A stretch of 64,000 bases of DNA. It comes from Candidatus Woesearchaeota archaeon (GTDB lineage: Archaea; Nanobdellota; Nanobdellia; Pacearchaeales; UBA284). Each line of letters starts with the position of its first letter. Within the stretch, counting starts at the first letter, position 1. Location of the stretch: the NCBI GenBank assembly GCA_964443565.1, contig CAYUCT010000002.1:2036-66035 (forward strand), in the 5' to 3' direction. Shown here in pieces: positions 58,103-64,000 of this stretch. The translations under genes and the position numbers were made by a program. Under the pieces are notes generated by a model, which saw only the letters and a list, made by a program, of their open reading frames with translations, was not told the DNA's origin and ran no database searches.

Positions 58103-58906
58103 ATGGTTGATGATTATAAATTTAAGGAATTATATGAAGAATTAGGTAAGCGGGTAAGTTTAAAAAAAATAAAAAAATCAATTATCTCATCAAAAAAAGG
58201 GGTTTTGAAAAATAAAAGTTTTTATTTTTATTTTTTGAAAAAAACAATTAAAATAAATTCGAAAGATAAGATTTTGGATGTTGGTTGTGGTTTAGGTGGT
58301 CCGATGTATTACCTTGGAATAAAAAAATATATTGGAATAGATATTTCTTCTTCTTTTTTAAAGATTGCACATAAACTATTTAAAAAACCAAAATTCATAG
58401 AAATGGATGTGACACGGGGATTGAAATTTGATTCTAATTATTTTGATTATATCTTTTGCTTCGAAACCATTGAACATATTCCAAAAGAAAAAATACCTTT
58501 TTTTCTTGATGAGTTGCACAGGGTATTAAAAAAAAATGGAAAAATTATAATTACAACCCCAAATAAATTAAAATGGATATATTTCCCATTTTACTATTTA
58601 ATCCCTCAATTCTATAGACCAAAAATATTAAATTTATTTAAGTTAATTTCAGATGAAGATTACAAAGATTATAAGGATGACATGGAGTTAGAAAAAAAAA
58701 TTGGAATAAATGAACATGTTAATATGTATTCTTCAAAACGATTAATATGTGAATTAAAAAAACAAAAGTTTAAGATAATCCTTAAAAAAGGATTTGGAAC
58801 TATTTTAGATTATAAATATATCCAAAATATTTTTCCCAAAAAAATTATAAATTTAATAAAAAGAATATTTCCTAAGGATCGAATTCTTATTATTGCAATA
58901 AAATGA
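58103..58906 (+). CDS. Class I SAM-dependent methyltransferase.
   Basis: ILDVGCGLGGPM (motif I), DYIFCFETIEHIPKEK, GKIIITTPNK. Confidence 0.55.
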   Translation: MVDDYKFKELYEELGKRVSLKKIKKSIISSKKGVLKNKSFYFYFLKKTIKINSKDKILDVGCGLGGPMYYLGIKKYIGIDISSSFLKIAHKLFKKPKFIEMDVTRGLKFDSNYFDYIFCFETIEHIPKEKIPFFLDELHRVLKKNGKIIITTPNKLKWIYFPFYYLIPQFYRPKILNLFKLISDEDYKDYKDDMELEKKIGINEHVNMYSSKRLICELKKQKFKIILKKGFGTILDYKYIQNIFPKKIINLIKRIFPKDRILIIAIK

Positions 58907-59844
58907 AAATTTCAATGATTTCAACCGTAAAAAATGAAGAAAAAAATATTAATAAGTTCATTCTTTCAATAATAAATCAAACAAGAAAACCTGAAGAATT
59001 AATTATTGTTGATGGGGGTTCAAAAGATAAAACATGCGAAATTCTTAAAGAATATTCAAAAAAATATTCTTGGATAAAAGTTTATCAATTAATCGGAGCA
59101 AATATTGCTAAAGGAAGAAATTTTGCAATTGAAAAAAGTAAAGGAGATATAATTTTTACAAGTGATTGCAGCACAATATTTGAAAAAAATTGGGTAAAAA
59201 AAATTTCAAATGCATTTAATGAAAATGTGGATATTGCTTTTGGAAAATATTTTGTGAAACCTAAAAATCTTATAGAAAAATTTCTTATTTCTAGGTTACC
59301 TAATTGGGATAAAATCAACCCAAATTTATTCTTACCTTCAAATAGACATACTGCATTTAGAAAGAATGTTTGGAAGAAAGTTGGGGGTTTCCCAGAACAT
59401 ATAAAACGAGCAGACGATAATTGGTTTCATGAAAAAGCGCATAAATCTAATTTTAAATATAAATTCATAAAAAATGCAAGAGTCGAATGGCTTCTTGATA
59501 GAACACTTAAAACAACGTTAAAATTAGCGTTTTTAGATTCAAAAACAGAAGGATTTACTTTTATGTTTACAAAAAGAAAAGTTTACTGGGCAGAATTATT
59601 CCTACTTGCGATTGGACTTGCTTTAATCTTCTTAGGGATTTTTGTTAATATTCAAATTTTATTGTGGGTTCTTGTAATGGGATTAGTTTTCTTAATATTA
59701 TTTGGTGGTTTAAGAACATACCTTAAAACAAAAAGTATTAAGATTGGATTTATTGGATTAATTTTAACACCCCTATTATATCTCGCACATGTTTTTGGAG
59801 TAATTACTGGAATGATAGAAAGAATTTATAGGAGAAAAGAATAA
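58903..59844 (+). CDS. Glycosyltransferase family 2 (GT-A) with C-terminal TM helices.
   Basis: ISMISTVKNEEKNI...IIVDGGSKDKT (DxD-type region), then hydrophobic C-terminal segments. Confidence 0.65.
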   Translation: MKISMISTVKNEEKNINKFILSIINQTRKPEELIIVDGGSKDKTCEILKEYSKKYSWIKVYQLIGANIAKGRNFAIEKSKGDIIFTSDCSTIFEKNWVKKISNAFNENVDIAFGKYFVKPKNLIEKFLISRLPNWDKINPNLFLPSNRHTAFRKNVWKKVGGFPEHIKRADDNWFHEKAHKSNFKYKFIKNARVEWLLDRTLKTTLKLAFLDSKTEGFTFMFTKRKVYWAELFLLAIGLALIFLGIFVNIQILLWVLVMGLVFLILFGGLRTYLKTKSIKIGFIGLILTPLLYLAHVFGVITGMIERIYRRKE

Positions 59845-59845
59845 T

Positions 59846-61210
59846 TTATTTAAATCTTTTTTTATGCAATTTAAAAACCCCATATCCCAAATAAGCTTTT
59901 AGTTTATATAACCACATTCTCCCAAATGGCTTATCAAACAACTCCCGAATAATATTTTTAAGATATTTTATGGAATAAGCGTTATCATGAGCAATATGCC
60001 AAAACCCCACTAATTTTTTGGGGGGAATATTACAAATAGAAATAGGATTTGCCGCTCTTAAATCGCTTTCAATACCCCGCAACCAATATTTCTCTTTAAA
60101 TTTTTGCGGTAGTTCATTCCATACTTTACTCCCAGGATATGGAGAGAATACAAAAAATCTTGGAAAATCGGAGTTTATTTCTTTTGCAAAAAATATTGTT
60201 TTTTTAATTGTTTCTTCATTATCAATTCTATGACCAATTATAAAATAAGATTCTACATTAATTTTAAAATGGTGAATTAATTTTACTCCTTCTCTCACCT
60301 GATTTAAATTTAAAGATTTTCCAATCCAATTTACAATTTTTTGATCTCCACTTTCTACTCCTATTGCAATAGTATGACATCCTGCTTTTTTCATCCAATA
60401 AATCATCTCTTTATCTATTCTATCTACCCGGCATAAACATTTAAATGGGAGGTTAATTTTTCTTTTTATTTTTTCATTACAAAAATTGATTATCCATTTC
60501 TTATTAAATGCAAATAAATCATCAATAAAATATATCTCCTTACCACCCAAATTTTTTATTTGCTCACATTCTTTTAAAACATTCTCTACTGTTCTTTGCC
60601 TATAATTTACACCAAATGTATCTTTAAAACAAAAATTACATTGGTAAGGACATCCTCTAGAGGAAATAAGTATATGCACTGGTTTTTTTAGGTGATTTGA
60701 ATCAAATTTCCATCCCTTTTCTTGGTATGCCGATCGATCTGGTAAAGGAATATTATTAATATTTTTAATTAAACTTTTCATAGGGATTATTTTATTTTTT
60801 ATTTTTCCTTTTAAAAAAAGTTTAAATGTTTCTTCTGATTCTTTTATAAAAAGATGATCAATTTGTTTACATTCTTTAATAACCTCTTCTGCTCCCAAAG
60901 AAGAAACATGGGGGCCACCAACCAAAATAATGCACCCAAATTTTTTAGCAATTTTAATTAATTTATACGCATTAAAAACTTGAGTGGTAAACAAAGTGAA
61001 TGCACAATATTTTGGATTTTCTTTTTTAAGAATTTTAAGGAATAAATCTTCAGAAAAATAACTCATAGCATTAGGAGATATAATTGTTGTTGTAAAACCT
61101 TCTTTTTTTGCAACACTTGACAGGTAAGCAATACTTAGAGAAGGGTACATTGGTTCTCCGCCCCATACATCTACAAAAAGAATATCTGCCATAATAAATG
61201 AAATGAACAA
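59846..61210 (-). CDS. B12-binding (class B) radical SAM enzyme. Only minus-strand gene inside the glycosylation island.
   Basis: N-terminal B12-binding-like Rossmann region, then SSRGCPYQCNFCF (C-x3-C-x2-C). Confidence 0.65.
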   Translation of the reverse strand: MFISFIMADILFVDVWGGEPMYPSLSIAYLSSVAKKEGFTTTIISPNAMSYFSEDLFLKILKKENPKYCAFTLFTTQVFNAYKLIKIAKKFGCIILVGGPHVSSLGAEEVIKECKQIDHLFIKESEETFKLFLKGKIKNKIIPMKSLIKNINNIPLPDRSAYQEKGWKFDSNHLKKPVHILISSRGCPYQCNFCFKDTFGVNYRQRTVENVLKECEQIKNLGGKEIYFIDDLFAFNKKWIINFCNEKIKRKINLPFKCLCRVDRIDKEMIYWMKKAGCHTIAIGVESGDQKIVNWIGKSLNLNQVREGVKLIHHFKINVESYFIIGHRIDNEETIKKTIFFAKEINSDFPRFFVFSPYPGSKVWNELPQKFKEKYWLRGIESDLRAANPISICNIPPKKLVGFWHIAHDNAYSIKYLKNIIRELFDKPFGRMWLYKLKAYLGYGVFKLHKKRFK

Positions 61211-61243
61211 AGGATTAATAAATATTGTTATGATTATGATTTT

Positions 61244-62107
61244 ATGAAAATTTTAATATTTTTAAGAGAATTAGAAGGGGGGGTAAATGTAGTTATCGGG
61301 GGCATTTCTAAAGAATTTAGAAAAAAAGGACATATTGTTAATATTCTTTCTAGAAGAGACGACTTACAAATTAATTCAACATTTTCATCTTTATTTAAAA
61401 TAAGAAGATATCTTTGGGAAGAAGTAAAAAGAGAAAACTATGATGTTATCTACACCCAAGATTGGAGTTGCGCATTGCCCCTATTATTTCCTTATAAAAT
61501 TTTCAAAAATAAGCATTATTGTTGTTTTCATGGAAATCAGAACAATTTGGCTGGTTTTTTTCAAGAGTTCGTTGGAAGAATCTTGGGAAAAAATTTAATT
61601 GTTGTTGGAGATGCTTTAAAAGAAAGGTTTCCAAAATCAAATATCGTTTATAATGGGGTGGATATGAATCAATTTAAGCCATTACAAAAAAGGAGAAATT
61701 GTTTGGGGTGGATAGAAAAGCAAACCGAAATTCTAAAAGAAAAAGACATAATCAATTTGGCTCATGAATTAAAATTGAAACCATTAATTGCAAAGAAATA
61801 TTCTATTCCTTTTAAAGATATGAATAAAAAATTTTATAATAGGTGCAAAATCTTTGTAAGTCTTCCCCCCCGATTAGCAGGATTTAATTTATGTTGGATT
61901 GAGGCAATGGCTGCCGGGGTTCCAATAATTGTTGGTAATGATGAAGGGGTTGGGATAAAACTTCCAATAAATAAGATTAAAGATGCTAAAAAACTTGAAG
62001 AACTAATTAAAAAATCCAGAGAAAAAGATTATAGGTCCGAGTTATTAAATACCCATTTTACATGGGAAGAGAATGTAAATCAATTATTGAGGATTTGGAC
62101 AAAATGA
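61244..62107 (+). CDS. Short glycosyltransferase family 1-like protein.
   Basis: GFNLCWIEAMAAGVPIIVGNDEG resembles the GT1 C-terminal motif. Confidence 0.45.
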   Translation: MKILIFLRELEGGVNVVIGGISKEFRKKGHIVNILSRRDDLQINSTFSSLFKIRRYLWEEVKRENYDVIYTQDWSCALPLLFPYKIFKNKHYCCFHGNQNNLAGFFQEFVGRILGKNLIVVGDALKERFPKSNIVYNGVDMNQFKPLQKRRNCLGWIEKQTEILKEKDIINLAHELKLKPLIAKKYSIPFKDMNKKFYNRCKIFVSLPPRLAGFNLCWIEAMAAGVPIIVGNDEGVGIKLPINKIKDAKKLEELIKKSREKDYRSELLNTHFTWEENVNQLLRIWTK

Positions 62108-62212
62108 AAAATTATAACTTACAAAAAAAGGGTTGCGCTATGCAAAATATATGGATGTAAAAAATATTAGAGTATTAAAAAGTTTTAAAAGAATGCTTTA
62201 TTTTATTATAAA

Positions 62213-62992
62213 ATGATAGAAACATTAAGATGGATAATAAAAGATTTTGATTTAATATCTTCATTTAAGATTCTTTATTATTACATTAAAAAGAAAATAA
62301 ATAAGACTTCTCCATTAAAGGAATTTGATGTTAATTTCATTTTTAATAAGGAGAAACTCAAATTTACAATAAGAAAGAATAATGATGATTTTGCAATTTT
62401 AAGAGAGATATTCTTATTTGAAGCATATAAGAGCCCAAATCTAACTTTTAAGCCAGAAGTTATATTTGATTTAGGTTCTCATATCGGCGCGTCAGCAATT
62501 TATCTTGGGAAAAAGTTCAAAAATTCAAAAATATATTGTTTTGAGCCAGATGAAAATTCTAGAAAATTACTAGAGAAAAATTTGAAAAACAATAACATAA
62601 ATTATAAACTATTTCCATATGCGGTTTCTGGTTCTAATAAAATTATGAGATTTAACTCCAATAAAGATAACCCTGCCTTTTCAAAAATTGATATTCGAGG
62701 AAATGTGGAAATTCAAGCAATAAATATCAATAGAATATTAAAAGAAGAAAAAATAAAGAACATTGATATATTAAAAGTAGATATAGAAGGGGAAGAGGTA
62801 AAAGTTTTACCAACTATAAAAAATAAAGTAAGATTATTAATGTGTGAAAATCATATGAATAAGTATAGTTCTAAGGAGATGAAAAAAATAATAAAAGATA
62901 TGAATATGTTTTTAATTAAGCCCATGGATCATTGGAAAATATTAAATAAATCAGAAGAATACCCTATTTGGATAGCCCTAAATAAGAAATAA
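62213..62992 (+). CDS. FkbM-family methyltransferase.
   Basis: IFDLGSHIGASAIYLGKKF...IYCFEPDENS...L.KNL pattern typical of FkbM. Confidence 0.6.
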   Translation: MIETLRWIIKDFDLISSFKILYYYIKKKINKTSPLKEFDVNFIFNKEKLKFTIRKNNDDFAILREIFLFEAYKSPNLTFKPEVIFDLGSHIGASAIYLGKKFKNSKIYCFEPDENSRKLLEKNLKNNNINYKLFPYAVSGSNKIMRFNSNKDNPAFSKIDIRGNVEIQAININRILKEEKIKNIDILKVDIEGEEVKVLPTIKNKVRLLMCENHMNKYSSKEMKKIIKDMNMFLIKPMDHWKILNKSEEYPIWIALNKK

Positions 62993-63314
62993 TTATTTGG
63001 CCCTTTTCGGATAGTAAAATACTTCTCAGGCATCTTTAGGATAGAGCTCGGTCACTTAAAGTAATCGTTTTAGATAGATCTATTGTAACGAAAGATACTC
63101 TAATATTGGTTATTTGCATTTTCCAAGTGTTAAAGATGGTGTGAATATAATTAAATCAATTTTGAAGTTTTAGAGATTATTTTTTTACCGGACCATTATA
63201 CTATTCCATTATTGCTCAAAAAATAAAATTCTTTTTTGTAAAAAATTTTCCCTAGATTTTTTGTATAGCCTATCCTCTTTAAAGTTAAAAATAAAAAAAA
63301 AGTTTTGTGAATTT

Positions 63315-64000
63315 TTATTTGGGATTTATAGTAAAAATCCAAAAACTCAAGAAATAAATTATTATTGCAAATAAAACCATAATTATCGTTAAAAACAATC
63401 CCGGATTAAATATCCCATTAAAGATAAATAAAAATATAAGCATAATTATAGATGAAAAAATTGGAATAAGGATATTTCTTTTCTGGATAAATAACCCTGT
63501 TTCTTTTTTAGAAATTTTTGATAAAATAAATAAATTCAAATATCTCGTTAAAAATGTTGCAAATGCAACTCCAACCAATGCCCATTGTTGACCATATCTT
63601 AATGCAATTAAAATGAATAGATAATTCAAAATTATATTTAAAATTGTTGCAAAAATTAAAACAATTGCTGGCCATTTTAATTTTTCTTTTGCGCTTAATA
63701 AGGAGTTATATATTCCAGTAAAAACAGATTCAATAACTAACAAAGATAATAATACTGATGAAATAGTTATGGGTAAAATATATTCTAATGGCACATATTC
63801 TAAACCATAAATAAACCTAATTAGTGGAATTATAATGAAGGATAATCCAACCCCGGCAGGTATTGCAAGCATGGCGGAGTATTTTATTATTTTATTAAAT
63901 CCGCGAATTAATCTTTCTTTTTTTATTTCTGTAAAAATAGGAATAAATAATCCAACAAAAGAGACAAATGGAATCACGGCACTTACTAAAGATAATAAAA
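63315..64000 (-). CDS. Second Wzx-like flippase (MOP superfamily), C-terminal half only. The ORF stays open to the window end, so the 5' part lies beyond 64000.
   Basis: Polytopic TM profile. The listed start at 63977 is a GTG and the frame continues without a stop to 64000. Confidence 0.5.
   Translation of the reverse strand, partial: LLSLVSAVIPFVSFVGLFIPIFTEIKKERLIRGFNKIIKYSAMLAIPAGVGLSFIIIPLIRFIYGLEYVPLEYILPITISSVLLSLLVIESVFTGIYNSLLSAKEKLKWPAIVLIFATILNIILNYLFILIALRYGQQWALVGVAFATFLTRYLNLFILSKISKKETGLFIQKRNILIPIFSSIIMLIFLFIFNGIFNPGLFLTIIMVLFAIIIYFLSFWIFTINPK

Noticed and set aside
1-64000. CRISPR arrays, rRNA genes, integrases or transposases
   Set aside because: None found. The only sizeable repeats are the intragenic duplication at 11.9/13.4 kb and short promoter-region direct repeats.

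Overview
This window is an AT-rich, gene-dense fragment (about 90% coding, intergenic spacers mostly under 150 bp) from an archaeon. The ribosomal protein set is archaeal/eukaryal-type (L32e, L19e, S4e, L30, L37Ae, L35Ae, S17e, type-Z S14), and AglB/STT3, aSUI1, prefoldin, RpoP, Bud32 and archaeal-type ProRS are present. The very low GC, the compact layout and the many large secreted, Cys-rich, N-glycosylation-sequon-rich surface proteins suggest a small-genome DPANN-like lineage, but that is inference from sequence style only. The window has four blocks. (1) 1-17.5 kb: a partial primase large-subunit CTD, then an island of five anchored surface proteins. These include a lamin-tail-domain protein, a beta-rich protein with an OMP-like C-terminal Phe, and a 1759-aa Ig-like repeat giant with a perfect 250-bp internal duplication. 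(2) 17.5-33.4 kb: housekeeping genes (radical SAM, ProRS, Bud32, S17e, PHP/EndoQ-like, cpGTPase, prefoldin beta, SepF-like, RpoP, L37Ae, L11, L35Ae, a large Pol-beta nucleotidyltransferase) plus four tRNA genes (Ser-GGA and Met-CAT one nt apart, Pro-TGG, Val-TAC). (3) 33.5-47.6 kb: the conserved L3...L15-SecY ribosomal cluster followed by a DUF106/YidC-like protein and prefoldin alpha. In this cluster L18 and the L29-SUI1 pair have exchanged positions relative to the canonical archaeal order. (4) 47.6-64 kb: a protein N-glycosylation and surface-glycan island (AglB with WWDYG, GPT, UDP-GlcNAc 2-epimerase, GT1 and GT2 enzymes, three class-I methyltransferases, an FkbM methyltransferase, a B12-binding radical SAM and two Wzx-like flippases, one truncated by the window end). 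No rRNA, CRISPR array or obvious mobile element was seen. All calls come from reading motifs by eye. No database search was run.
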